Assembly (NCBI RefSeq): GCF_011386835.1
Contig: NC_088794.1
Location: forward strand, 22,568,001 to 22,632,000
Origin: Chrysemys picta bellii
Lineage: Eukaryota
Direction: 5' to 3'
DNA: 64,000 nucleotides
Position 1 is the stretch's first letter. Every line of letters starts with the position of its first letter. The notes below the pieces were generated by a model. The model worked only from the letters and a program-made list of their open reading frames with translations. It was not told where the DNA came from and ran no database searches. Shown piece after piece: positions 35,060-49,800 of the stretch. The position numbers and the translations under genes are program-made.

Positions 35060-38000
35060 ATGGGTCGCTTCTCAGCCCGGCTGCTATTGCTGGCACTAAC
35101 AGGTAAGGAACCGAGAGATCGGCCCTCCCCTCCCGTAGACACAGAACATTCCGTTTGCTCTTGCACTCGTAGCACACTGCGCTTGTTTGCTTTTGCACTT
35201 ATCATTTTGGCGGGCTGCGAGCAGGCACGGAAATTGCGCACCCAGCTATTTGCAATGACGAGAAATGCTTGGCTTGCTGGGGTTCCATATTTTGCCCCAG
35301 TCATTGCATATGTTATAGTGGAATGAAAAGCCATAGAGTGGATGTCAGAGAGGGTTTAACCAACCCCAATTTTTGGAAACAGACTTTTCTCATGCTAGAA
35401 GGGATTCCTGTCTCCAAACCAACCTAGGAACTGGGTGCCATGAGTCTGGAGAAAGTAACAGAGAATGTTCTGTAGGGAACAACCCTGCAAGATGACTCAA
35501 GGATTAGATGATCAGACCAGTGCCAGTTTACCAGACAGAGCCAGCCTAGCTCCTGATCAGTTGTTCACATGCTAACCTGCAATGAAGATCGGGGGACATA
35601 AGCTTCACAGTGGGGAAGAACATGGGAAGTTGAATGGGAAGGAGGCAGTGCCAATGGATCGAGTCTCACCACAGAAGCTCCTTTACACAGAGATGGGAGC
35701 TTGGAGAACCAGTCACAGCAGCCTGAAGTTGCAGCATTGATGGGCAGGTCATTCTCACCAATGTTTTTCTTTCCTTGGCAGGGCCATGCCTGGCAAGAGA
35801 GGAGCTGGAATTGGTGACAGCTGTACAGGGAAGCTCTTTCAGTACAACGTGTTACTACGATAATGACAAGTATTCACTAGAGGAGAAATTCTGGTGCAAG
35901 ATGCTGTCAGACCAGGAATGCCACAGCAGACTCTTCCTGAGCATCCGAGCAAAGGGAGGGAAAAACCTAAATATTGCACCAAAGAGAAGGGTCGATCTAA
36001 CAAACTCGGGAACAGGCTGGATTTCTGTGTCCATGACGGAGCTCCAGATAGAGGATTCAGGAACATACTTCTGTGGGGTTTACGATCATCAGACAATTAT
36101 CCTATTGAAAAAGATTCAATTGACTGTTTCTTATGACGGTGAGCTAAAGACCAGTCATGACCTAGTTGGGACACAAATCAGCTCAAACCAGGATATTCCA
36201 AATTAGACTAATGCTCCATTCCTATTCCAAAGAAAACACAGGGTCTATAGATGTCAATTCCCCAGTATATGTTATAGAGAGAGATGGTTAAAATAATAAC
36301 CTTCAATTACATATCTAGACATAGAAACACCATGTGTATCATACACATATATGTATGTATTTAGATGTACACTTATCACATATCTATGTAAAAAGAAGAG
36401 CTGGTTAGGAACGTATTTCTCCCCCTCTCACCCCAGCCCACCTCACCCCCATCCCCAAAGAATGTTAACCAAAACACCCCAAACAAACATTTTTAGTCTT
36501 TTTGTCAAAACAATGAAAACCAAAAGGTCTGGGTTGAAAACTGAAAAAAATTCAGTTTTCGATTGTTCAATTAAAACTCTTTTTTTTTTAAATGAAAATG
36601 AACATTTCCCCCAAATGTCCTATTTAATCAAAAAGCCATTTTGCATCAAAAATTGAACCTTTTAGACAGAAAATCTTTGACCAGCTGGGATAGAAACCCC
36701 ATGGGATGGAGAAACCCCACTCCCAATTTGAAGTCCTGGTTACCAGTTGGGATGCACAATAACAAGACTGGGCTTCTTCATTCACACCCTCCCTGTCCTG
36801 GTTGAGTGTTGTTTGTTGTCACTGCTGGTGAAAGGTGCTGCAATGACACCTCTGGACCCTTATCCTTACACACAGGGGAGGCCCAGCGTGGCCAGTTGCA
36901 GGGCAAGTTTCCCCGTGCTACCCCAGCCAAACTACCTCAGCCCTGTCCTAGGTGGTCCCCCATTCCAGGGAGGAGTGAGGAATCCCCACTTCAGGGCTCA
37001 CTCAGTCCTCAGCTCCTCGGATGCTAAGACTGCCAGGAGCAGAGGGGCCAGTGGTGAAGGTGCATTTTCAGAGTGGTGGCAGCATTAGCAGATGCTCAGG
37101 CTGGTTCAGGGCTGCCCCGTGGTGATTGATGTGCAGTTTTCCAGTGGTAATTGTGCACAGCCAATCCTAGGAAATATTTTCCTTGGGCTGGAAGAGATTA
37201 TTTCCACGTCTTTTGCAATCTCCTTTTGGGATGGGGTTTAGTCTGATCCTTTGTCTTCCCATTTAGATGCAGGGGGGCATTTATACACCTGCGGAACATG
37301 TCTCTTTCCTTCCCTTTCTCACAATAACCAGTCACCGGTCTCTCTCTCCAGCTCCCATGAGGCTATCTGCCAAAACAGGAGACTCCATCTCGCTAAATTG
37401 TTCCTATTTTATGATGGACGACAGCAGAAGACCTAGTAATTTTACCTGGTGCAAAATGATAACCGCAACCAGATGTCAACCTGTCAGCAGCGTTAAGTTT
37501 GATCAGATTCTTAATATGCAAAAAAGGACCAGGATAAAGCTTGACCGGTGGAACAGAGTGATTATAGTGATGCTGGTGGCGCTCCAGCTACGTGACTCGG
37601 GGGAGTATCATTGTGAGACCCATCTCCAGGGAAGTACCGTGCTACTGAAGAGGATCATACTGAATGTTTTCAGTGAGTTTCTCAAAGAAAAGTGGCCTTC
37701 CCTTAAAAGTCAGCAAATTTTCATCCCCTGGTGGATGTGATAGCAGGGCAGAGCTCAGATGGGCTCCTCAGACCAGGGAAATTGCAGGAAACCCAGAGAC
37801 AACTTCTGAATTTACCTTTTGAGACCTTTGATATTTACTAGTCTTATAAACAAACTCGGCCAGATCCTCTGCCCACGTAAATCAGAGGGGAATCATTAGT
37901 TGTTATGGACCTACACCAATTTACACCAGCAAAAGTAATGGCCCCAGAACTGATCTGAATGTTGCCCAAATCTCTGACTGAACTCATCCCTTTGTTATAG

Positions 38001-40852
38001 TTAATAACCCTGAAGAGGGTCAGATCATAAACTGAGCACTTGGATCCTTATCCAAGGGGACCTTTTCCCATATGTGGCTTATCGGTCCCTGCTCACACGT
38101 ATTCTCCGGCAGTAGCCATGCTTTCCCTTTTATCTGTCATAGACCCCAGACCTACCAGGTCCATCTCACCGGAGACACTCAGCAATTGGCAAGGTTGGGT
38201 GCCTGGAAACCAATGGTTGTCTAGACTATCCCTCTGGTCATTGCAGGGTTGTTCCTTCTAGTAGATTTTCCAAGGCATGCGCCATACTAGCTGTAAATGT
38301 CTCCAGTGAAAAAGTGTAGCCCAATGGATGGTGTGGGGGCCTGGGAATCAGAAGATGTGAGTTCTAGTTCCATAGCTGCTACTCACTTTCTGGTGGTATC
38401 GACACTAAACTTTTTTTGCTCAGATACTACGGTGAGAGGCACCACATAACAACCTGGATAGAATGCACAGGACTTCCGTGAGTGATTATTGGACTACACT
38501 CCAATAAGCCTCAGGGCTAGGACTCCTCTGGGCGGTAAAGAACTCCTGCATCACACCCTATTGTCACATTCTCACTGTTAACCAACAAGCGATCACTCAC
38601 AATTAGTACGAGAAGACTCTAAAGCCTCGTCATAATTTCCCATCACTTCCAGATGTCAAGCAGGCCAGGGCTATGCAGGGGAGGGTCACTCACTCTTGTG
38701 TTTATTTTCAGAAAAAAGTGTGTATTATGATACAGTTAATGAGGCTACTTCGCCTCCCACTAACGAGGGGGAAACCGCCCACCCAACTGTGGCCAGCAAC
38801 AAGGAGCAGAGGTATGAACATCAAACAAACAAAAGTCTTCAGGGCTGACTTTAGAGTCCCCAGTGGGGATTTTCTGGATCTGCGGCAGATTAAAAGGGTG
38901 GGGTTGTAAAAGACACACACACACCCCATCCTCCGAGTCTCTTACAGGGTTTGATCTAACCTAGGGTTACCATATTCAAACATTTAAAAAAGAGGACACT
39001 CCAGGGGGCCCCTCCCCCGCCCCAACTCCGCCCCTTCCCCGCCCCCGGCCCCGCCCCAACCCCACCCCTTCTCCGCCCCCATTCCAACCCTTTCCCCAAA
39101 GTCCCTGTCCCAACTCTGCCCCCTCCTCTGAGCACCCCGCATTCCCCGTCCCGCTCTGATCTTGGTTGGGGGTTGCTAAGTGCTTCCCTGCTCCCCACTT
39201 GCCCTGCAGCCTCTATGCCCTTGCCTGCCCTGCTCCTCCTCACCCTGCAGCCTCTGCACCCCTCCGCCCCCGCAGCCTCTGTGCCTCCTGCTCCCCACTC
39301 GCCCTGCAGTCTCTGCATTCCCCCCTGCAGCCTCTGTGCCTCCTGCTCCCCACTTGCCCTGCAGCCTCTGCGCCCCCTGCTCCCCACTCACACTGCAGCC
39401 TCTGCACCCCCCCCCACAGCCTCTGTGCCCCCTGCTCCCCACTCGCACTGCAGCCTCTGCACCCCCCCACAGCCTCTGTGCCCCCTGCTCCCCACTCGCA
39501 CTGCAGCCTCTGCACTCCCCCAGAGCCTCTGTGCCCCTTGCTCCCCACTTGCCCTGCAGCCTCTGCACCCCCCCCCCCGCAGCCTCTGTGCCTCCTGCTC
39601 CCCACTTGCCCTGCAGCCTCTGCACCCACCCGCCCCCGCAACCTCTGTGCCCCCTGCTCCCCCCTCGCCCTGCAGCCTCTGCACCCCCCCCCACAGCCTC
39701 TGTGTCCTCTGCTCTCTACTCGCCCTGCAGCCTCTGCACACCCCCCCCTGCAGCCTCTACACACACAAACACACACACACACCCCTCACCCGGCAGAGGG
39801 AGAGCTGCAGGCTCCACGTTGACTCAAACACTTCCTCGCTGCTCTGTGGGGGAGGAGGGAGCGGGGGAGGGACTTTGGCTGCTAGAAGCCCTAGTGGCTG
39901 CGAGCGGCTTTCAATCATGCCAGGCGTCCAATCAGCCACGCTGCACTCCGCAGGAGGGGAAATCCCGGACATTTCTACTTCATTAGAAATCCCCCCCGGA
40001 CGGCCATTTAAGGCTGAAAAAGCCGGACATGTCCGGGGAAACCCGGACGGATGGTAACCCTATCTAACCCCCTCAAGGCAGTGGAAAGACACCCACTGGC
40101 TGGACTAGGAGCTGGAGCAGGTCCTTAGTGAGCTGTCTGTTCTTTCCACTCCATAGGAATGATTCGTTTCCATCAGCTGCCCTTGCCTTCAGATTAAAGC
40201 TATTGTTTAAGACAACTGTCATCTTTGCAGCCTCCCATGAGTCCCAGCATGTGTGGGCAGGGAGAACGTTAGATAGAGACAGTGATTGTCTTTGGCTTTC
40301 TATGTTACCAAAATACAAGATTCCCATTAAAAGGTGGAAAACTTCCTTTCCCAGTTAAAGCTAAACTGTTCTATGTGTGGTTTCCCATAACAGCCTTCCT
40401 GAGGCCCATTTCAGTGCATTCCTCTCCATCATTATGGTACTCCTGGTTGCTAAATTCCCGACAGCCGTACTGATCTTTACCATCGCCAGCCGTCAGAGGA
40501 GCAGAGCCACGAGGGAGGGGAGCCAAAACCTGAACCAACACCAGCACCTCCCACTCACAGGTGATCTCATGAGCGTTCACATGACAGAATTAACCCCCAC
40601 TGGGAGACACTCCACCGTGCTGGGCTACAGATCTAGGGAAACAAGAGGGAAAAGAGCCCTGGGGAACTGGAATAAAGTTCCAGGGCAAACTTTGCTGCTT
40701 CCTAAGGGAGAGGATAAATGCTGAAGCTAAATGAACGTGTAATGAGCCTGCCATCCATATGGGAGGTTGTCAGCAACTGTCTCCATTTCTCATCTCTCAC
40801 CCGCTTTCTAATCTGTGTTCCTCTTCCATTTCCAGTACAAGAGAACAGGTAA
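35060..40852 (+). CDS. Gene A3: two-IgV receptor, activating type, paralog of A1, 351 aa
   Basis: Exons: 35060-35102, 35782-36138, 37352-37672, 38143-38193, 38712-38811, 40394-40560 (TM with Lys), 40836-40852. GT-AG introns, open frame. Confidence 0.88.
38962..40062. mobile_element. Non-autonomous hAT-like DNA transposon with minisatellite (intron 5 of A3)
   Basis: Same TIRs and TSD as 5963-7005; 58 bp longer, with the difference in the repeat region. Confidence 0.82.
39185..39760. repeat. Compound minisatellite, paralogous array with a different unit order
   Basis: Same subunits as 6185-6700, different number and order. Confidence 0.9.
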
Positions 40853-43800
40853 CGCTTGGACAGGATGGGAGGAGGAGGAAGAGGATGGGCAGAAAAATAA
40901 AGAACTCCAAGAGTCTGTCCGTCCAAACTCCCAACTCCCCCAGGACAAACGTACATACATGTAGCGATGCTGCAGAGATGGGGACAGGATGAGAAAGCTC
41001 TGCTCGGTTTTCCCCAGGCCCCCATGCCGGATAACCTTTGCTTGCTATGCCAGGCTTTGCCTGCCAGGCTAATGGAAAATGCTTCCAAGCAAAAGAAACC
41101 AAAGATGCAGCATTTGACAGTGCATTCGCCTAGCGCACGAGTGGGACTTTCACTGGCGTATGTTAGCAGCCACAGCGTGTCTCGGGTGCAATCTATAGAG
41201 GGTGCAATGGGCTATATGAATTACTCACCCAGGTGATGCTGAATAAAGGGCATTGTTGTGTCTCATGTGTCTTGTCTTGATTCACTGAAACTCAGTGTTG
41301 TCATGAAAAACTAGCAGTTTTACTAAATGTGTCCAGCCTGGCTGGATGTCTCCAGAAAATCAACTGAATGCTCCCCACGTGTCCAGGGAGATACCTTACC
41401 CAGAGGTGGACCAAAATGGGGCAGTAGTGCACTGGATCAGGTAATCTTCGGCCATCTCACTCGAACACTCCCAGTACATAAAACAAGACCAGAAATCCGT
41501 TGCAGGGCTGAGTTAGCATTTAACAACACAGAGTGGGAGCAGAGAGATGGGTTAAAACTGTGTTTTATCAGTTATATTCTGCAGCTAGTAACTTGTGACA
41601 GCCGAGGATACCTCTCTGTGTTTCCCCACAAAGCACAGAGGTGGTCAGTGCCCTAAGATTCACACTGGGTCTGTAGGAACATAAAACGAATCCTGCTACC
41701 AGGTGTCAGTGGCCCCACCCTAAGAGTTAAAGGAGAATTTTCTCTCTCACCCTATGTATATGCTGCAATCGGATATGTGATTTGTAGTTTGTGCAAACAT
41801 ACCCGTGGTCACTTTAATCTGGTTAACACACTAATAATAGCAGTCAACATGTGGCAACATGGGCTACAGGGCAGGCTGAAGAAAACTGCTCAGGGACCCT
41901 GGGTATATATTTGCATTGTTAGCCTGCACCGAGGTCTATACCACGGTGTCTTCACTGCTGTTTTTAGGCATGTTAGCTTGATTAAAGCTAATACATGTGT
42001 CTACCTAAGCTGCAATCACACCTACGATTGCAGCTTAGACATACCCAGAGATTGAGACCTTTCCCAGGGCGATAGAAAGCCTGGTGCTCTGGTTGCCACC
42101 TGCTGCAAAGGGGCTTGCTGCTCTGTCATATCAGTGTGCAGCGTTATCCAAGATGGTTATCTGCACAGTCCCCTCCCCAGAGGGCCAGAGCTAAGAGCCA
42201 CCAAACTCACATCACCTCAGAGAGCAGCGCACACACAGTGCCAAGGGACAGAAACAATGTTGTCTCTGTTCGGGGGGATTAAGGCCTGTCATAAGGATCC
42301 TCACAAACAATGTACCAGCGTGGGGCAACCCCCTTGGTGATAGTCCCTGTGTCAGAGGATTGGGGCCTATCTTAGAGCGCCTTCTTTCTACCAGACCAGG
42401 CTTTCCTCTCACGGAATTAGCTCACTCTCTGAGGTAATTCTGTCTGAGCTCTCAAGAAATCCAGGGAAGCAATTTTCAGCAATTTCATTTTAACCCTTCT
42501 TAACAAAACAAAACAAAAAACCCTCATCAACTCTTCTCTTATAGTCTGTGCTGGCCAAGGAGTCCCTTCCCCAAGCCTGACTCTCACGCCAGTAACTCCA
42601 GTAACCGACATTTCCTGGCTCTTACCACTGAGTCTCAGCAATAAAGGGCTCCACGCAGTCTCCCTTCTGTCCGTTTGGTTTCTGGCGCAATTCCTCTTCG
42701 CAGTAGCGCCAGCAGCAGTCCAACGGGTTCGCAGCCCCTGGCCCCTTAGCTTCCTGGGGGGTGTTGTAGTCGTCTCTGCCATTTCCTGCTGCCTTTTTTT
42801 TTCAATAAGGGTCAGCTAATTAAATTTCCAGCTCTCTCTCAGGTTCAGTGAGCAGGGCTAATCGGCCAGCCAGCCCCAGGCCTCTGACCCCAGAGGAATG
42901 GCATCCCTTACACCTTCACACCTTGCTTAATGCAAACACAAACAGAGGTTTGTTTGAAGATACAATTCACTGGGCTCCTTGCACATTGTTACTGACAGTC
43001 TCCCAGGTTCAGGTGCCAACCACGTTCTCCAGGGAGCTTCTGTCCCACACAGAGCCCTTGTGGGTCATTTTCCACATGCTCAGGTTCATACAGGAGCAGG
43101 ACACGCTGACTCTCACCTCTTTCCCACTGGGTGAAGATAAGAGGTGCAGCATAGGCTCTCTCAAAGGTGTGGTAGGCAACCATAGGCAGTGCAATCAGTA
43201 CAGGGGTCACAAGGAAGCCAACCAAACTATCCTCTATCAGCAGAGCTGTCTGGAAAACTTCTGTTTCATGAAACATTTTGAAGGGAGATCATGGCACTGC
43301 AAGAGGGTAGCGGGAAAGCCCTGGTCTCCCTACACGCCAGCTGTCCCAGGCTGATGGAGAAGTTCCTTCTTCACTGTGAAATTTAGAGCAGCCTCCAGAC
43401 CATTTGAAACACCTTGATGCCCCCCGACCCTGGCTAGTGGAGATGGGTGCAGGAGAGGATCTGGCCCACATTGTGTAATACAGAAACTAAGAGTTAACAA
43501 AATAACATACACTGATATTAAAAATGTTATTTGAAGCTATAATATGCACCATCCTCTTGCCCAGCTCCCTATGTTCAAGTTTCAATAGCTAAGTTGTTGT
43601 GCTTTTTTAAATGCGAAGCAGCTGGTAGTTCAAATACACAAAAACACAGGCACCCGCCCCAAAGACTAAATTGAGGGACGTTGCTCCAGTTAAAGAATTT
43701 TCCCAACAATTCCAAACCGACACTGTCACTCCAGAGCAACACGTGACAGACAGTGACAAAGGGAGTTCACTTCCTACCCGTGAGGGGAAATTCATCTTCA

Positions 43801-43857
43801 CAGTACCGAAGACGCCTGGAGCCTGCATTCCACTTCTCCAAGACCTAAGCCTACAGG

Positions 43858-46800
43858 ATGGGTCGCTTCCCAGCCCGGCTGCTATTGCTGGCACTAGCAG
43901 GTAAGGCATCGAGAAATTATCCCTCCCCTCCCGTAGACACGGAATATTCCATTTGTAGCACACTGCACTTGTTTGCTCTTGCACTTATCACGTTGGCCGG
44001 CTGCGAGCAGGCACGGAAATTGGGCTCCCAGCTATTTGTGATGGCAGGAAATGCTCTGTCTGCTGGGTCTCCATATTTTTTTCCTCAGCAATTGTATATT
44101 TTAGAAAGAAAAGCTATCAAATGGATTTCAGGGAGGATTTGAACACCCCAAATTGTGAAAACAGGCTCCTCTCCTGCTAGAAGGGATTCCTTATCCAAAC
44201 CCACCTAGGAATTGGGTCCTGTCAATCTGGAGAAAGCAACAGAGAATGTGCTGTAGCGAACACTCCTACACTGAAAAGGGGGTGGACTAGATGATCAGAC
44301 CAGTGCCAGTTTACCAGACTGTACCAGACAGAGCCAGCCTAGCTCCTGATTAGTTGTTCACACTCTAACCCACTTTGAAGACTGGCTGATGTAAGCTCCA
44401 GAGTGGAACAGAGCATGGACTATTCAATGGGAAGGAGACAGCTGATATGCACTGGCGCTCAGGACAGAGGCTCATTTAGGCAGGGGTAAGGAGCTTAGAA
44501 TAACAATCACAGCAGCCTGAAGTAGTCGCAGGGATGGCAGGTCATTGGTTAAGAGCCACTGTCCCCACAGGTCATTCTCAACTCTAACGTCAATTTGTTC
44601 TTTCCTTGGAAGGGCCCTGCATTGCAGGAAAGGACCTGGAAATGGTGAGAAGAGTGCGGGGAGGCGCGCTCACTACAGTGTGTCACTACAACGAACACAA
44701 GTATTTACAAAGTGAGAAATTTTGGTGCAAGGAGCTGTCAGACTTGGAATGCCGCACCATAGTCCAGAGCTCCCCCACAGCAGGAAGGAATTCTCTAAAT
44801 TCTCCAGATGCAAGGGTCAGCCTAAAAGACTTGGAAATTGGCTGGATTTCTGTGTCCATGACGGAGCTCCGGGTAGAGGATTCGGGAATATACTGGTGTG
44901 GCGTTTCCGATCATATGAAGATTATCCCATTGAAAAAGATAAAAGTGGCAGTATCTTATGAAGGTGAGCTACAGATCAGTGAAGAGCAGGTTGGGACACA
45001 AATCAACTCAAAGCTGGATATTCCAAATTAGACTCATGCTCCATTCCCAGGTTTAAAACAAATAAAAGGAAGTTTTATTCACACAGCACAGTCAACTTGT
45101 GGAACTCCTTGCCTGAGGAGGTTGTGAAGGCTAGGACTATAACAGGGTTTAAAAGAGAACTGGATAAATTCATGGAGGTTAAGTCCATTAATGGCTCTTA
45201 GCCAGGATGGATAAGGAATGGTGTCCCTAGCCTCTGTTTGTCAGAGGGTGGAGATGGATGGCAGGAGAGAGATCGCTTGATCATTACCTGTTAGGTTCAC
45301 TCCCTCTGGGGCACCTGGCATTGCCACTGTCGGTAGACAGGATACTGGGCTGGATGGACCTTTGGTCTGTCCCAGTACAGTCATTCTTATGCTCTTATGT
45401 TCTTATTCCCAGTCCAGTTTCTAAATAAAACACATTCTGTGCAGACAGATACGCCAGTGATACTACAGAGCAATGGTTAATGTATTTTAACCCCAATTTT
45501 ATATCTACTTATAGAAAAAACATACGTATCAGATGCATGTATGCATTTAAATGTGTGTGTGTATACATAAACACACACACACACAAACACACACATACAT
45601 GCATCACATGCTAGCACATATATAGGTAGAAACTAGAGCTGGTTGGGAAATTTTGTTGCCCTATGAAAACTTTTGATAAAAACAAAAAACGGTTTTTCCA
45701 TTGTTTCTCAAAACACCACAAACAAGGGTTTCTGACCCCCTTAAAACAAATTGTTTTGGGTTAAAACTGAATATTTTCAGTTATGGGTTGTTAGATAAAA
45801 AAAATCCATATTTTTCCAGGAAGGTGAACATTTTTGGCACATATTCTCTGTTTCACACACAGCCATTTTCCATTAAAAACAAATTCCCCTTTTAGACAGA
45901 AAATCTTTGGCCAACTCTAATAGAAACCCCACGACATGGAGAAACATCACTCCCAATTTGAAGTCCTGGTTACCAGTTGGAATGACCAATAAGAAGGATG
46001 GTCAGACCAGCTGCTAGACATCCCAGACTCTGGGGCATCTTCACTTCTAACACCCCTGTCCCGTTTAACAGCTGTGTCTTGTTACTGTCCGTGAAAGGTG
46101 CCGCAACAGCAACCCTGGAGCCTTATCCTTACACACTGGGGAGGCCCAACATGGTGCAAGCTTCCCCATGCTCCTCGGATGCTAAGACTGCCAGGAGCAG
46201 AGGGGCTAGTGGTGAAGGTGCATTTTCCAAGTGATGGCAGCATTAGCAGATGCTCAGGCTGGATTCAGGGCTGCCCCATGGTGATTGATTGCAGCTTGGA
46301 TACTGTGCAGTTTTCTGGTGGTAGTTGTGCACAGCCAATCCTAGGAAATATTTTCCTTGGGCTGGGAGAGATTATTTCCATGTCTTTTGTAAGCTCCTGT
46401 TGGGCTGGAGTTTGGTCTGATCCTTTGTCTTCAGATTTAGATGCAGGGGGCATTTATACACCCACAGGACATGTCTCTTTCTTTCCCTTTCTCACAATAA
46501 CCAGTCACCGGTCTCTCTCTCCAGCTCCCATGACGCTATCTGCCAAAATAGGAGACTCCATCTCCCTAAATTGTTCCTATTTTATGATGGACGACAGCAG
46601 AAGACCTAATAATTTTACCTGGTGCAAAATGGTAACCGCAACTAGATGTCAACCTGTCGTCAGCGTTGAGATTGATCAGATTGTTAATATGCGAGAAAGG
46701 ACCAGGATAAAGCTTGACCGGTGGAACAGAGTGATTATAGTGACCCTGGTGGCGCTCCAGCTACGTGACTCCGGGGAATATCATTGTGAGACCCATCTCC

Positions 46801-49800
46801 AGGGAAGTACCGTGCTACTGAAGATGATCACACTGAATGTTTTGGGTGAGTTACTCAAAGAAAACTGGCCTTCCCTTAAAAGTCAGCAAATTCTCATCCC
46901 CTGGTGAATGTGGTTACAGGCCAGAGCTCAGATGGGCTCCTCAGAGCAGGGAAATTCCAGGAGACAAATGCAAAAATCCTAAATTCACCTGTTCAGGCTT
47001 TTGATACCTACTAGTATCATCTACAAATTATCTTTTATATTGCCATGTGTTGTGGGTCTTGTGTAAAAGCCAATAAGAGCTTTAAAGAGGCTGGGCCTTC
47101 ACCCCCAAAATTCTGACTTTTTTGAGCTTTAAGGCTGAGTTTGTGCCATTTGAGTTTTTGCTTGAATTAACTTTCAGTGTGCATTAAAAGGGTGTCGATC
47201 CGAACTGGGGTGGGTGAAATAAGAACTGAGCTGAATCCTGACCAAATCTCAGACTGAACACGGCCCTTGGTCAAGGTTCATGAATGCTGCACTTTGCTTT
47301 GATATTCCTCCTTTTCTGCCCTTCTCACTTTCAGCCAGTGCAGGAAGCAGCAATACAGAACAGGCCATAGGAACAGCCACTCTTGTGGAGGGTCTGACTT
47401 GGGTGGAAATGGACTCCTCACAAGAAGAGGCCCTTCCCCATAAAATCTCCAGCTTAATAATAGCAAAGGAGTTCAGCTAAGTTAAGCTAAGTTCTGAGCG
47501 TTTGGATGCTTATACGAATGGGACCTCTGGTCCTTGTGAGGTTTAACCAGCAGTGCTCAAAATTTGCTCTCTTGTCATACCCATGCTTTTCTCTGTCATA
47601 CAATAAGATTCTGCAAGGCACTGAGGCCCAGTTGTTCAAAAGAATTTAGGTGCCAAACTCCCACTGAAATCAATGGGAGTTAGGCACCTGAATTCTTTTG
47701 AAGAACTGGGCCTGAGTGCTCTGGAGATGAGGGAATTTAGCATCTCTGAGAAAGCACTTAACACCTTGCAAGATCAGGTGCACAGAAATTGGAGATTACA
47801 TAGCCCTTCCCTTCTGGCCAATGCACGATGGTTCCCGTCAATATATTTCTCTGGGCTTTCTCCAATCTCGTTTTAATTATCTCATTTGAGGAGCTTCCAC
47901 CACTTCCCTTGCAAGATTATTCCAAAGACCAAGAGACCTCACTCATAGGAATATTTTTTGCTGGTAAATGGCAAAAGGATAGGGTGGGTTTCCACAGGAA
48001 ACCCATGTTACATGCTCACTGCTAACAAACAAGTTAACTCTGTTCTTATTCCTCATGACGAGGACATGGCTACAAGGGAAAGGGTCACTCGTACTTTCTT
48101 CATCATGAGGTGTGTATATTTCCAGAATCTTATGATAGGACAGCTTTTGTGACTACATCCCGTCCCATTGACGACATAGGAGCCGTCCTCCCAACTGCAG
48201 CCAGGAATGATCAGCAGAGGTAAAGACAGAAAGAAAAAAATTCAGGCTCAGCTAAATGCAAGATTCACAGTAAAAGGGTGGAAATCTCCATTCCCAGTTA
48301 ACCCTAATTGTTGTGCGTGTGATTTCCCATAGCTGGTACTCGGAAGTCAATCTCAATGTCCTCTGTATCATGGTTGGATTGCTGGGCACTAAATTCCTGA
48401 CAGCACTCCTGATCTTTATCGTCGCCAGCCAAAGGAGAAGCAGAGCCACAGAGCAGGAGATCCACGGCCCGGAACAAATACCAGCTCCTCCCACTCACAG
48501 GTAATCTCACTGAGTGTATACGGGGCGGGATGAACCCCTGCTGGGAGAGCGTACCCCAGTGCTGGGCCCCAGACATAAGCAAGGTAGAGGAGTCTGGGGA
48601 GGATGAGCAGTGCGAACCGGGAGGAAGGCTGAAGGATATATCTTAGCTGCTTGTCAAGGAAGACAATAAAACATTTGAGAAGCTAACTGTAGCAATAACC
48701 CCTCATGGGTCACCAGTTCTGTTTGACCTGACAGCAGAGACCTTGATTACTTGCACTAAAGGGGTAACTCCACATTAGCTGGCGGCAGTAGTAGTCTGTT
48801 ACTTCTATGTGGACCAGCCACTAGAGGGTGACGCAGCACACACTTTGACTCATGCCCCTCACGTAACAGGCAAAAAGTGAGCCATCAAAGACATTAATGA
48901 TATTAACAAAGGCAATATTGTAAGAATAATTTTAATACATACAGGCAACTTTAATGGATTGTGGGATCTCTCTTCCAGGCCTTTAATAAAAGTCTTTCCA
49001 GGTGGAGAATGTTTAAAGATTTCAAATCCAGTGGATCTGAGTGAGCTAGAGGTGCCACTCAAACCTCCAACCCTGCCACAAGGGCAAAAGGACCCTTTAA
49101 CCTGTGACAAAGGGAGCTGAGGATACCAACAATGCTTAGAATATCCCAGATTTCCTTCCTTTCTTCAGGATAAACAGTATTTACTAGGATCTCAGATTGG
49201 TCTTTCAGGTTTCTCATGCAAACTGTTTACTCTGTTGTGGGGTTTTCCTCTCTAGGGGGTGAAAAGTCTGTTCATTTGTCCTCTGGCCCTTTCAGTCCTT
49301 GGCCTTGCTATTGAAGTGGCCTAGAAAGAGGCCATTTAGTGCAATTCTCGTGGCGGTTTTGTGTGTGGATGAAGAGGACACCTGTCCACTGGACACTGAA
49401 GTGAGATTCACCACTCCTTTAACGAAAGCCATCGGAAGTGAACAGTCAATGCAGACCTGGGCTACATTTAAACCATCCCATTCTCAGACTAGTTACACTA
49501 AGGAGAAAATGCCTAGAGGCAAAAGGGACCAAAGATACGATGTCTGGCATCACGCTCATCTAGTTCACGAGTGAGATGATCGGTCTAGTACCTTAGCCAA
49601 TGTGTCTCGGGAACAATTTACAGGGTACAATAGTCTATTTGTAGGCTTGGCAGAATTCAATTTTTGTTATATAATTTTAACATAAAATATTGATGGTTAT
49701 TTAAGCTTTTGAAATGTTTATCTATTTAAATTTTCACTGTTGCAGGAAATTATGGGGGAAGTCAGACAATTATTTAATGCCAGTAAATGTTGAGATTCGA